Of a stretch of DNA of 64,000 nt, positions 37,284 to 48,591 are shown in pieces. Source of the DNA: Blepharisma stoltei ATCC 30299 (taxonomy: Eukaryota > Protista > Ciliophora); the NCBI GenBank assembly GCA_965603825.1, contig CBFDEM010000009.1:461002-525001 (forward strand). The letters are read 5' to 3'. The translations under genes and the position numbers were made by a program. The notes beneath the pieces were generated by a model that saw only the letters and a program-made list of their open reading frames with translations, was not told the origin of the DNA and ran no database searches. Each line of letters opens with the position of its first letter. Position 1 is the first letter of the stretch.

Positions 37284-38383
37284 ATGGAATATATAAAGAT
37301 GAAAGATGAAAGGGAAAGAAAAGAACAAGAAGCAAAATTTTTTTTCTAAGCTGAGCTTATGCATAAAATACCTTTTATCGCAAATATGCAAATGCTGCAG
37401 ATATATATGAGATTCCCCTATAGAATGCTGCAGATATATATGAGATTCCCTTATAAAACGCGGCATATATATATATATAATTCCCTTATAAAATGCTATT
37501 TATGGATACTAGATTTCTTATCTCAACTATTTAGCACAAATTTTCCCATAAATAAAGGAAATCAAAGCTATTTTAGCATTCCCAGCAAAGACGGAATTCA
37601 AAACTATGGAAATACGTGCTACTTGAACTCAGTGCTACAAATTTTAGCAAGCACCCCAGAATTTTCTGATTGCTTAATTCCAGATTCGGATTTTTCCAAA
37701 ACTCTATTATCCATCATGAGAATGGTAAATAGAAACTCTCATGCCAATTTCAAGCCAAAAATTGATTTTCTATTAAAGTTAATTTATCGAGCTTATTCAA
37801 ATGTATTTTCTATATAGTTTTATCTCGGAAGGCAAAATGACAGTAAAGAACTGTTTGCAATTATCCTTGATAAGTGTGCAGAAAATAATGAAAATCTGAG
37901 GGAGTTATTTTTCATTAGAAATGAGAAAGTATTTAAATGTAAAAAAAATCATATAGAAGAAAGAGAAGAAGTAAATGCATTTCTAATAGTCCCTAAAAAT
38001 TTTGATAAAGATCTTAGGAAATTAGCAGCTTCATAAATAGCTTAGAGTAGGTAAGATCTTATGGGCTCAATCAGCTATATTGTGCTTCCTGCGAGGAATT
38101 AAAAGATTTTACCATTGATACAGTTTACAAGCTACCTAAGATTTTAGCCATTTATTTTGCCAATAGAAAACAAAAGGACAGATACATTAATGACTCTGTG
38201 AATTTTAAAAGTAAAGAATATAGGCTTTATGGACTAATCTGTTTTTATCCATCTTATCGTCATTACGTAGCTTTTACATTAGATGAGAGAGGATGGTTCG
38301 AATATAATGATAAGTTTGCTCAATTGAAAATGCCTGATTACAATTATGCTTATATGGCTTTTTATAGGTTAAGAAGTAATTAA
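37284..38383 (+). pseudogene. Frameshifted USP paralog of 35492-36601
   Basis: Same MEYIKM-type start, Cys box GIQNYGNTCYLNS and intron 37803-37817. Frameshifts in a T-run and an (AT)n run, and a frameshift plus TAG near 38015-38050. Confidence 0.8.
37391..37496 (+). repeat. 33-bp tandem repeat, about 3 copies
   Basis: aatgctgcagatatatatgagattcccctatag / aatgctgcagatatatatgagattcccttataa / aacgcggcatatatatatatataattcccttataa. Confidence 0.9.
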
Positions 38384-38499
38384 TTTAAAAAAATTGAAGA
38401 TTAATTAATTTTTTAATTTAATAGAACAAGAAATAATTTGACCTAAAACAACTTGTTAATTATATTTATTTCAAAAAAATATTTAAAATAATTAATTAA

Positions 38500-39355
38500 T
38501 CTTATCATAAAAACAAATGTGCATGTGAGAAATTAGGCTTATCCACTAGAATCACTATATTCAACCTACTTACTTTGGTCTTTATAGTACAAGCCTAATA
38601 AAGGCATCTATGATGTCTTTGCTACGGCAAATCATCTCATATATTTTATATTCATAGCATTTCATTGTAATTGCATTTGGTAAATCTTTTTCAGTATTTC
38701 CTCTTTGAGGCTTCGCATTATAGAGGGCCAATACTTCTGGATTTCCAATAATTTCTATATTCATTGCCATATAACTTTCAGTTTCGCATTACTTTCAAAA
38801 TTCTTTTTATTTTCTTTAAAGTTATGGATTTGATGATGAAATTTCTTTATAAACTTTTTGAAAAAAATTTTCATATGATTCCTTTCGTCTTCAAAAGTTT
38901 CTCGAAGTCTTAGCAATAAAACAGGCAATTCTAATTGAGAATAGACCATTGCAAAGAGTATGTTATATCATGCTGAGAGCTTCCATAAAACTGAATAAAT
39001 ATTACCATTGAAAAGAAATTAATGAGCTAATTTTAAAGCCTTTTAATGATTTAATCATATCATTTTTTTGCGAAACTGCAATTAAAAGGGTTAAATATCT
39101 AATAATCTTACTGCTAATTCACTCTAATTTTGGTTCAATTTTTTCGATAAATGATGGAATATTTGCCAATACATGCAGCATTGAGTTAAATAGCAATTAA
39201 AAATATTGGCTAGGAGTCTTATGACCTAAGAAGTAAAAAGTCTGATACAGATCCGATCTAATGCGATTTATACTGACTCTTAAAATATCAGTAGAAAATT
39301 GATAATCAATTTAAGAGTTTATATAGCAAGTATTTCCAAGATTATTTAACCTAGA
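38500..39355 (-). pseudogene. Degraded USP relic(s)
   Basis: The minus strand near 39320-39352 reads GLNNLGNTCY. A second broken Cys-box fragment (NSMLHVLA) lies near 39165-39198, and C-terminal-like residues near 38510-38640. Confidence 0.6.
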
Positions 39356-40461
39356 GGTACTGACTTAATAATTCTTTTTATTTAAGGCAAGATTTCATAG
39401 AGATCTTCCTCATTCTCAGTGTTTTTGAATAAATTAAAAAAGATAAAAATTCCTTTAATAGCATCAAAAAAATATATTAGAGCTCTTTTTAGACATTTCG
39501 ATGCTTGAATATATAAAAACTTATATTTTACAACTATTAATTAGTTCATATATATTGCCTGGAATTTGCTATAAAATTCTTGGTTGCACATAGTAATTCA
39601 AATTATAAAGTCTTAGGAATTATTTTTCTCAAATATTTTACGAGCCAAAACAGCCATCAAAAAAATATAAACATTAACCTTTTTATATTAAATGGAGCAA
39701 GAATTTTCTAGACATTTGTTGTTGTATTTGCTCACAATCTATCTCTGTCGCTTCTTTATTCTCTCTGAAATTGTGAATTTAACTCTCTTCTATCATAATT
39801 ATTATCTTCTCGACATCAATATAAATGCAAGGGATATATTTTGATATTCTCATTGAATTATCATAAAAACTCTCAAATTTTTGCCATTATAACTAAATGC
39901 CTACAATTATCTAAAATTATTTATTGCGGAACTATTTATAATGAACTGCAAGTTGGCATGCAAATTTTCGTTTGCTTCCAATTACTAATTTTGATAGCAA
40001 TTACAGCAAGCAAGTATATTTTCTCAAGCCAATTCGAAAAGAGAATTCATGTACCTGAAAAATTCATTTTAATTAATTTTAAACAAAAGTATAAATAATT
40101 TTGTAGAATTCATTATTAGCCAATTCCAATGGCCTTTTAAAATAAATATCATTGAAATATTTATTGTAAAAGACAAATATATGCTGGATAACAAAAAGTC
40201 TTGACTTGAAAAATTATAGAATCATGAAATTTTGCTTCTCTCTTCTTAATAGCCTTATCATAAAATTTATATAAGGAAATTTGGTTTCTTCATAAATTTC
40301 TTTGTAAGAAATTCCTTAAGAAATTCATAATTTTAAATGCTTGTTTAATATTACAGAAAATATATTATTAGGCATTTACAACTATAAAATAAATTAAAGA
40401 ACTAGCTTTATAATAAAATGATAAATATTTAGAATCTATTAGAAATTATAATTTATAGAAA

Positions 40462-41055
40462 ATGGGTGGTTCAAGTAGCAGCCCTTCTCCTTCTTCTTCT
40501 CCTCCTACTCGTCCTACTCCTCTTCCTCCTTCTCCTCCTGTTAAAACAATGATAACAGTCTGTATTATCGATATTGACGGCCGTAAAGCCGAAAAAGACA
40601 TTAACCTTGAATGGGTATTCTCCCTGTGGGCAAAATCCTTGGTAAACGACTATGAAGTGACAGGAAAAAATTTAAGTCTGAAATTTAATGGACTCGAAAT
40701 AACCTATAATGGTAATGAAAGCAAAAAACTCAAAACCTTCGGGTTTTCTTCCAGATCAGATATCTATATTTCCCATGAGCAAAAGGGCTGCAGCACAATC
40801 TCTCTAATAATAAATGACACTTTCACTGGACTTTTAAAAACTGTACAAGCAAAGATTTATTGAACATTTAAAGAATTCTGTGAAGAGCTCGAAAGAAACC
40901 ATGGGATTTATGGGATAATATCTCTACAAAAAGATACCGTTGTCCGAGGCCGTTATATTAGTTTTGGCCCCAGTAAAAATAAAACATTGAGAGAGCTTGA
41001 AGTAAAGAATCTAAATGAAGTATATATTGTTGAGCATATACAAGGAGGACGCTAA
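40462..41055 (+). CDS. Tandem two-domain ubiquitin-like protein, N-terminal Gly, C-terminal HIQGG-R
   Basis: Reads through TGA 40861-40863 to TAA 41053-41055. Two beta-grasp-like repeats (MITVCIIDIDG..LKFNG..LKTFGFSSRSDIYI; ISLIIND..TLRELEVKNLNEVYIVEHIQGG). Confidence 0.75.
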
Positions 41056-41441
41056 TTAAATATGATTTTAATTAAATGACGAAATAAGCCAATTTCTATT
41101 TATAATTTCAACAATATATGTCTTTAATCATTCTAATTTATTTTTATGTATTAAGATATTTTACGGAAAACAAATATAGACTATTTTATTAGAAAATATT
41201 AACATTTATTTTATATTGAAATTATAATAAAGAAAAAATACCAAATTATTTAATGTTTTCTTGAATTAAAAATCATAATATCCAAAATATTTAAATAAAA
41301 AATAAGCCCATTTGAGTTGTTTTAGTTATAATTTTTATAGGCTATTTATATAGAATCTACAAAAATATTAAAGATGGCCACTATTGAAATTAAAATTTTA
41401 TCCATATTAGTCCCTTAATCCAAATTGATATAATATAAAAT

Positions 41442-43010
41442 ATGGCTACTCAAAACTCTAAAGTGAATAACAGTGAAGCGATGAAACTAAATTGCCTTTA
41501 TGAAGACTGAGAAGTTTGCCCAGCAAACTTAGATTCTCATAAGAAACCATCTGATGAACAAAATACTTTCGAAATTAGCAATCTAAAATGTGAACTAGAA
41601 ATAGCAATTAAGGAAAGAGATGAGTATAAAGCTCTGCTAAAAGAAATAGAGCATATCAGAACTGAGCGAAATAGTTATGAGGATACTATTAATACATTAA
41701 GAGATGAGAATGCTGGATTAAAAAAAGCAATTCGTAATATTAAATCGGTTGATACTGATATAGAGAAAATGAAAAAAGATTTTAAAAATTTAAAAGATGA
41801 CCAAAAAAATAATTACAATAGATTTTTTAAGGATTACGAAGACTTTAAAGCCAAAATAGATTTTGCTGTTAAAAGCACTCAAGAAATCATAAAGCAATCA
41901 TCTGAGGAGGAAGATAAAACTCGCGATCAAAAAATTATTAGTTTGGAAGCCAATGTGTATTCTTTGGAATATTTAAAGGCTGAAGAAATTGAAAAAAATA
42001 AAAAATTAAGCGAGAAGATCGAAAAATTGCAGAGAATTAATGGCAAAAAGGATCAAGCAATTTCTGAGTTAAGTCGTAAAAATAATGAAGTCCTGGCAAA
42101 ATTTAAGAGGCTCAAAATTGATTATGATAATTTATTTGAAGAGCATTCAAACCTTAAGAAAAAGAATAATATGTGATGCAATTATTTATTCCAAGGCATC
42201 ACAAATTCTTTAGATAAAAAAAAATTAGACTCTCTTTATTCAACTCCTGTGGGGCTTCCAAACATAGGCCAGACTTGCTACTTAAATTCGCTTCTTCAGG
42301 TCTTAGTTTACTCCCCTGATTTTATAAAGCTGACATATTTTTCAGCAAATAGTCTCCTTCTTTCTATATCAAAGATTGCTGACAATATAAATGCAGGCAG
42401 CTTAGACAGCTGATACCGTTCATTTTACGAAGAATTCATCAGCATGTTTCCACAAGTAATTTTAATATAGGTTCAAGCTTATCGTGAGCAAGACGCAAAA
42501 GAAGTTTTATTCATGATCTTATCCCAAATGAATGAAATTGATCAGAAAAGGCTCTTTAATGTTGTAGTCAATAAAAATTATTCCTGCAGTGAAGGTCATA
42601 TTTTTCCTAATACTGATCTTTCTTTTTTAATAATTGTACAACCCAATTCTAGCATTGAAAATGCACTGCAAGATCTGTATGATGAACAAAACTTCGATGA
42701 ATTGTGATGCCAAGAATGCGGAAGTTTGAGAAAGCAAGCTCGTTATGTGAGTTCTGTAGAATTTCCACAATATTTGATATTTTACACACCTAAAAATAAG
42801 AGAACCAATTTTAGCTTTCCTGAAAGTTTGGAAATCTATGGAGAAGCATATTCGCTATATGCTATAATTTGCCATAAGCAGAATATACTGTATGGACATT
42901 ATCTGGCTTATGTATGCCTCCAAGGAGTTTGGTATAAATGCGATGATTCAAGGGTTAAAAAACAAGCCCCAGATTATAAATCGGCTTATCTTTTATTTTA
43001 CCAAAAATAA
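41442..43010 (+). CDS. USP protease with long N-terminal coiled coil
   Basis: One frame from ATG 41442 with TGA=Trp. GLPNIGQTCYLNS, intron 42456-42470, EQDAKE, YGHYLA, WYKCDDS. Confidence 0.88.
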
Positions 43011-43259
43011 CTAAGCAATAATAGCTCTTATCCTTTAACCTTTTTAGTATAAATCTATTTGAATTGTTAAGAATTAATGATATCTAGCGTGCATTTTATT
43101 TATTATTTTATTATTTCCTCAAAAATCATAGGGCCACGCACTGAGCAGCTAATTTATTTAGATATCATAATTCTTAAATTCCACCTAATTAAATTATTTG
43201 TCTTTAACTATCTATCAATATTGATTTTCGAACTGTTTAGAAAATTCAGACTTTGACCT

Positions 43260-43941
43260 TGCAAGAGCTTTATTTTCTATCATCAGTATTATAAATAGAG
43301 GCTTGTGTGCTGATTTTAAGCCAAAAATAGATTATCTACTAGAGACCTTAATTCAAATAGACTCAAGAGTATTTTTTAAATAGTTTGTTTATGGCAAGGA
43401 AAACGACAGTAAAGAATTATTTGCAATCATGATTGATGAATGCTCAGAAAATAACCCAAAGCTGGAGAATTTATTTTTTATTAGAACAAATAAAATATTT
43501 GAATGCAAAAAAGGCCATAAAGTAAAAAAAGAAGAACCAAGCACATTTCTGATTGTCCCTGAGAAATTTGATCAGAATATTAGTAGCTATATATTTGAAT
43601 CAGAGAAGCCTGATCATTTTAACGGCAAAAATAAGATTTACTGCAGTGTCTGCAAAAGTTTAATGGAAATTACAGTTACTAAAGAGCATATACTTCCTGA
43701 AATTTTAGCGATGTATTTTGTGAGCGAGAATCCAAAGAAAAGGAATATTAGAAACATTGAAATCTTCAAAGGCAAAGAGTATATGCTTTATGGGGTTATT
43801 TGTTTTTATCCACCATATAGCCATTATGTAGCTTCTACGTTAGATAAGGGAACATGAAGAGAATATAATGACAAGTTTGTGTCTGAAAAGGAGCCTGATT
43901 TTAATTATGCATATATGGTATTTTATAGAAAAGTTAAGTAA
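43260..43941 (+). pseudogene. 5'-truncated USP lacking the catalytic Cys box
   Basis: Collinear with 35492-36601 from just after the Cys box. Intron 43369-43383, ENDSKE, SHYVA and YNDK are present. No Cys box or start is visible upstream. Confidence 0.75.
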
Positions 43942-44114
43942 TTCAAAATAATTTATAAATTTATAACTATATTCAAATTTTAAATTGCTACTCTCTCGTT
44001 TAAGCTCTTTATTGATTTTTTTTCTTTTCAAATAATTTAGAAATGTATGGCTGTATCATAATTACAGCTTTTATTCATAAAAATCTAAAATAATAAGGAT
44101 TCTACAAAAATAAA

Positions 44115-44654
44115 ATGTTATTAACGACTTTGACAATTTTAGGTCCAGGCGAAACTGAGACTCACATCTCTATCAAAAGTAATGCCACTTCAAGTAAGTT
44201 AAAAAGAAAGATCCTAAGGCTTTTAAATATAGACGACGTTGTTATGATGCACAATGGCAATGGAATAATGCCAAATAACGTCGACACTCTTCAGCAACTT
44301 GGAATTAATGATAATGATACACTCAATATTCACCCTGTCGCAGCGCCTCGATCAAGACCTGAAGAATCGAAAACTCCTTTGATTTCTTTGATAATCATAG
44401 ACTTGAATCAAAATGAAATCAGTATTAATGCAAATCCAGAATGGAGATTTCAAGAACTTTGGAATGAAATAAAAAGAAAAGGAGTAAATCTCAATGATAA
44501 TGATAGATTATTATATGATAGTTATTTCATTAGTCTTGAAAAGTACAGTGAAATACTTGTCAAGAAAATGCAATTTAAAAGCAAAGGTACTTTGAGGGTT
44601 TTAGACCATTTGAAAGGAGGAGATTTTGTCTGCTTTTATATACCATATAAGTAA
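44115..44654 (+). CDS. Tandem two-domain ubiquitin-like protein, C-terminal HLKGG plus 10-aa extension
   Basis: Ubl1 (TSSKLKRKI..MMHNG..TLQQLGINDNDTLNI) and Ubl2 (ISLIIIDLNQ..LLYD..KGTLRVLDHLKGG), followed by DFVCFYIPYK. Confidence 0.8.
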   Translation: MLLTTLTILGPGETETHISIKSNATSSKLKRKILRLLNIDDVVMMHNGNGIMPNNVDTLQQLGINDNDTLNIHPVAAPRSRPEESKTPLISLIIIDLNQNEISINANPEWRFQELWNEIKRKGVNLNDNDRLLYDSYFISLEKYSEILVKKMQFKSKGTLRVLDHLKGGDFVCFYIPYK

Positions 44655-45330
44655 GCAAAAAATCAGATTATTAACTAATATAGTTTAGAATGTTAAAATT
44701 AGAACTCTTTTTAATTTAATTTTAAATGAAATTTTGACAAGAATGATATTTTCTAAGATTCTTGAATTTATGCTAATAGTAATTTTAAATTTTTCTATTG
44801 ATTAAAAGGAGGAATTTGGTATTGGGCAGCTCATAAATACGCAAAATAAGAAGTTTATAATCTAGAGTAGCTTTGCATCAAGAATAATGATATCAGTTTA
44901 ATTTGGTGCACGAAATTCTAAAGAAATTGAGATATACATAAGCTTATCAGACTTTTATAAGTCTTTATAGAAACAAAATGTCGCAAAGCCTTGAGGACTA
45001 TAATGCCTATTTTCTATAGTGACTCTAATAAATCAATTTTTAAACACTGTGAATGATTTTGAGGGCTGAATTTTAATTCGCTCTATATAAGAAGATTAAA
45101 ATTTAAAATATCTAAATAAAACCCAACCATAAAAGTACTTAATGTGCCGATCTAAATATTGATAAAATTATATTTGTGGCGTCGAATTATCCCTTATAAA
45201 TTAAGCTCATTAGCTTAAACTTATAAAACCTCGATCTCTGATGGCGATGCAAAACCTATTTTCAATTAAATTACATATATCAAAAAAATCATAACTCAAA
45301 ATATGGAACCTTAATAATTAAATTTGTAGA

Positions 45331-45900
45331 ATGGGCGGAAAAAGCAGCACACCTCCTCTCCCAGAAATGGTTACCATTGCAGTAATTGATATAAATTGCT
45401 TTAGAATAAGCAAGCAGGTAAATCTAAATTGACAATTTTCTGCACTAGTTAAAACCTTATCTTTGGAATACAATTTAGATGGCGGGGACTTAACTATTAT
45501 GTATCGAGGTCAAATTATATCAAATTTTGCAAATAAAAGCTATGATCTTAAAACTTTAGAATTTTCAGAAAATTCAGAAATCTATATACAGCATCCCAGA
45601 AAGCAAAGCCAACTCGAGATTATTTCCATAATGATCATTGACACAGAAGAACGATCACAAGCTGTTTCTGTATATTCAAAATGCCTTTATAAAGATTTAT
45701 GTATGCATATTGAATGAAAATATGGGAAAGTGCTCAGGCTGTTGGCTGTGTATTATCGGACAAAGCTTCTTAATTACGATAAGTGCAAAGATAAGAAAAT
45801 CAGTGAAATAAGTACAAATGGAATGCAAAACGGTGATTCATTGAGAATTATGAAACAGTATAATGGCGGGCCAGATAAAGAAAATGTGTTTTGCAATTAA
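45331..45900 (+). CDS. Tandem two-domain ubiquitin-like protein, N-terminal Gly, C-terminal QYNGG plus 9-aa extension
   Basis: ATG 45331 to TAA 45898-45900 is open with two TGA=Trp. MGGKSS start; ends GMQNGDSLRIMKQYNGGPDKENVFCN. Confidence 0.8.
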
Positions 45901-46040
45901 TAAGTATCAGTCAGCTTATTTTAAATTTATTTATTAAAAAATTATAACCGTGATGAAATAATTAACAATAGCTATTAAGATGCTTATTCTTGAAGCTGTA
46001 TAATTGACTAAATAAATATTTTAATAATATTAATATTCTC

Positions 46041-46475
46041 TTATTTCGCGTACTTTCTTGTACAGTTACTGGCTTCTCTATCATACTCATCTTTACTTTT
46101 TAGAAAAATTTCTAGAGCTTCATTTAAATATCCATTTTTTGCATTAGGTTGGCTGAGCACGGCAAAAACCCCATAAAATATTGATCTAACAGAATTGCGT
46201 GAAGACCACCCTGATCCAATTAAATCGCAACAAACATTGCCTTCTGCACTTATGTTTGGATGAAAAATTTTGGTTTTTATAAAAAATTCTGGGGGGTTTT
46301 CTGGATAATTTGAAGGGAAAATAATTTCATAACGAAATCTTCCATTCTCAAAAGGACTGTCTTCGGGACCGATAAAAACGCCTTGCCAATGTTGAAAATC
46401 GAGACCTATCTCTAATGAAACACCTTGAATTGGTTGTTGGTGTAAGGAATTATATTCAAGTATTAGCCTTTCCAT
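46041..46475 (-). CDS. Ubiquitin-conjugating enzyme E2 (UBC fold, divergent)
   Basis: GPEDSPFENGRF, FPSNYPENPP, KIFHPNISAEGNVCCDLI (active-site Cys retained), W-S, TRKYA. Confidence 0.95.
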   Translation of the reverse strand: MERLILEYNSLHQQPIQGVSLEIGLDFQHWQGVFIGPEDSPFENGRFRYEIIFPSNYPENPPEFFIKTKIFHPNISAEGNVCCDLIGSGWSSRNSVRSIFYGVFAVLSQPNAKNGYLNEALEIFLKSKDEYDREASNCTRKYAK

Positions 46476-47328
46476 TTTTATAGAATCTTAAATTGCCAAA
46501 AAAATGATTAAAATCAGGCTGATGTTATGCTTTCGCAGCATACTGTAATGATTGGAGATAGACTTTCGTTTATGATTCAATAAAAAATATCAAATATATT
46601 TATATATAGAAATAAAAGACATATTTCTTACTATCTAGGCTTGTTAGAGTTTTTTAAAGAGTAGTGGGGATGGGTTTCATGCTTGGACAGGAGATGTCAC
46701 CTAATTCTCCTTCAGATCACCTTTACCTTACCATCCTTAATTGTGAGATTGGCTTACTAGTTCTGATATATTTGCCTGAGGGTCAAGGAATAAAGATCTC
46801 TGGTATATCTATGATTTTTGAAAAAATATGGACACAAACCTCCTTACGTGTTGACTCCTTTTCATGTTCGGTTTGATTCTACGCCTCTGCAAGAGTTTGG
46901 GAGAGAAGGGACCTGTATGATTGCAGTTTTATTTGCGTGTATCTTTTAAGAAGCAAAAGCATAGACATTAATGTGCTGGCTCTTATACCTCTTAATAGGC
47001 TTTGAAGACTATAATGCCTAAATTTCTAGTATGACTCTAAATAATCAATTTTAAACATTCTGAATGATTTTTAGGGATAAATTTCTATATAAGATGAGCT
47101 AAATAAAACGAACACAAACGTGCCGTATATGCCGATCTAATTTTTGATAAAATTATATTCGTGGCGTGGAAATTATCCCTTATAAATTAAGCGCACTAAC
47201 TTTAAGTTTGTAAACTTCTTCTAAAATCTTGATGTCTGATTACCATGTAAAGCCTATTTTAAATTAATATCATTATATCAAAAAAATCATAATTCAAAGT
47301 ATAAAACTTTAATAATAAATTTGTAGAA

Positions 47329-48023
47329 ATGGGCGGAAAAAGCAGTACCAGCGCACCTTCTCCTCCTCCTAGTCCTCCTGAAATGGTTACAATTGCAGTA
47401 ATTGATATAAATTGCTTTAGAATAAGCAAGCAGGTAAATCATAATTGAAAATTTTCTGCACTAGTTAAAGAATTATCTCAGGAATTCGATATAGGCAGTC
47501 ATGACTTAACCATTATGTTCCAAGGTCAGGCTATATAATTAATTTGGCATATTTTGATTCCCTTTGATCTGTCAAGAATATATTAGCTAGCATAAGCCCC
47601 ATATACACCCTTCTAATAGGCTAAAATAAATTATGATTATCCAGCCTACTAAGTATTCAGCAGCTTGTCATATCAAATTCTAGAAATCAAAATTATGTCC
47701 TTAAGACTTTAGAATTATCAGAAAATTCAGAAATCTATATACATGCCAGGAAGCAAAAAGAGCCCAATAAAATTACCATAATGATCATTGACCAAGAAGA
47801 ACGAACAAAAATTATTTCTGTATACTCAGAATGCCTTTATAAAGATTTATGTATACATATTGAATGAAAATATGGGATAGTGCTCAGGCGGTTGACTGTG
47901 CTATTAGGGACATGGCTTCTTAATTATGATAAGTGAAAAAATAAGAAAATCAGTAAAATAGGTAAAAAAGGAATCCAAAACGGTGATTCATTGAGAATTA
48001 TGAACCAAAATATTGGCAGGTAA
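47329..48023 (+). pseudogene. diUbl paralog of 45331-45900 interrupted by a 137-bp TA-bounded insertion; ends GR* instead of GG-extension
   Basis: MGGKSS start, TAA at 47536. Deleting 47536-47672 gives a continuous frame to TAA 48021-48023. Confidence 0.8.
47534..47672. mobile_element. IES-like TA-bounded insertion (137 bp between TA repeats)
   Basis: Absent from the paralog (CAA ATT ATA TCA AAT versus CAG GCT ATA [insert] TCA AAT). Begins TATAAT, ends TCATA, flanked by an ATAT direct repeat. Confidence 0.7.
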
Positions 48024-48188
48024 GATAAAGATCATATTTTTTGCAATTAATTGAAGTAGCAGCAAAATTATTTTAAATTTATTTATTAAAAATTAAGAAG
48101 CTGTGATGAAATAATTGATAATAATAGCTATTAGCATGCTTATTCTTGAAACTGCTTATAATTAGCTAAATGAATATTTAACTTTATC

Positions 48189-48591
48189 TTATTCGCGTAT
48201 TTTCTTGTCCAATTTCTGGCTTCTCTAGCATCTCATCTTTACTTTTTAGAAAAATTTCTAGAGCTTCATTTACATATCCATTTTGTGCATTGGGCTTGCT
48301 GAGCACTGCGAAAACCCCATAAAATATTGATCTAGCAGAATTTCGTGAAGATCATCCTGATCCAATTAAATTGCAGCAAACATTACCGTTCTCATCTATG
48401 TTTGGATGGAAAATTCTTGTTTTAATATAAAATTCTGGTGGTCTTTCGGATAATTTCATAACGAAATCTTCCATTTTCAAAAGGACTGCCTTCGGGCTAA
48501 TAAAAACGCTGAAAATCGATGCTTGGCTCTAATGAAACACCTTGAATTGGTTGTTGGTGTAGGAATTATATTCAACTTTTAGCTTTTCCAT
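48189..48591 (-). pseudogene. Frameshifted E2 copy
   Basis: Collinear with 46041-46475 (IFHPNIDENGNVCCNLIGSG) but with several small deletions and frameshifts. Confidence 0.88.

Noticed and set aside
37391-37496. Direct repeats of CRISPR-like length
   Set aside because: The units are contiguous with no spacers, there are no cas genes and the context is eukaryotic.
39841-40098. ORF-track entries in AT-rich spacers (also 34952-35134 and 50107-50328)
   Set aside because: Weak or non-ATG starts, no domains and low-complexity composition.
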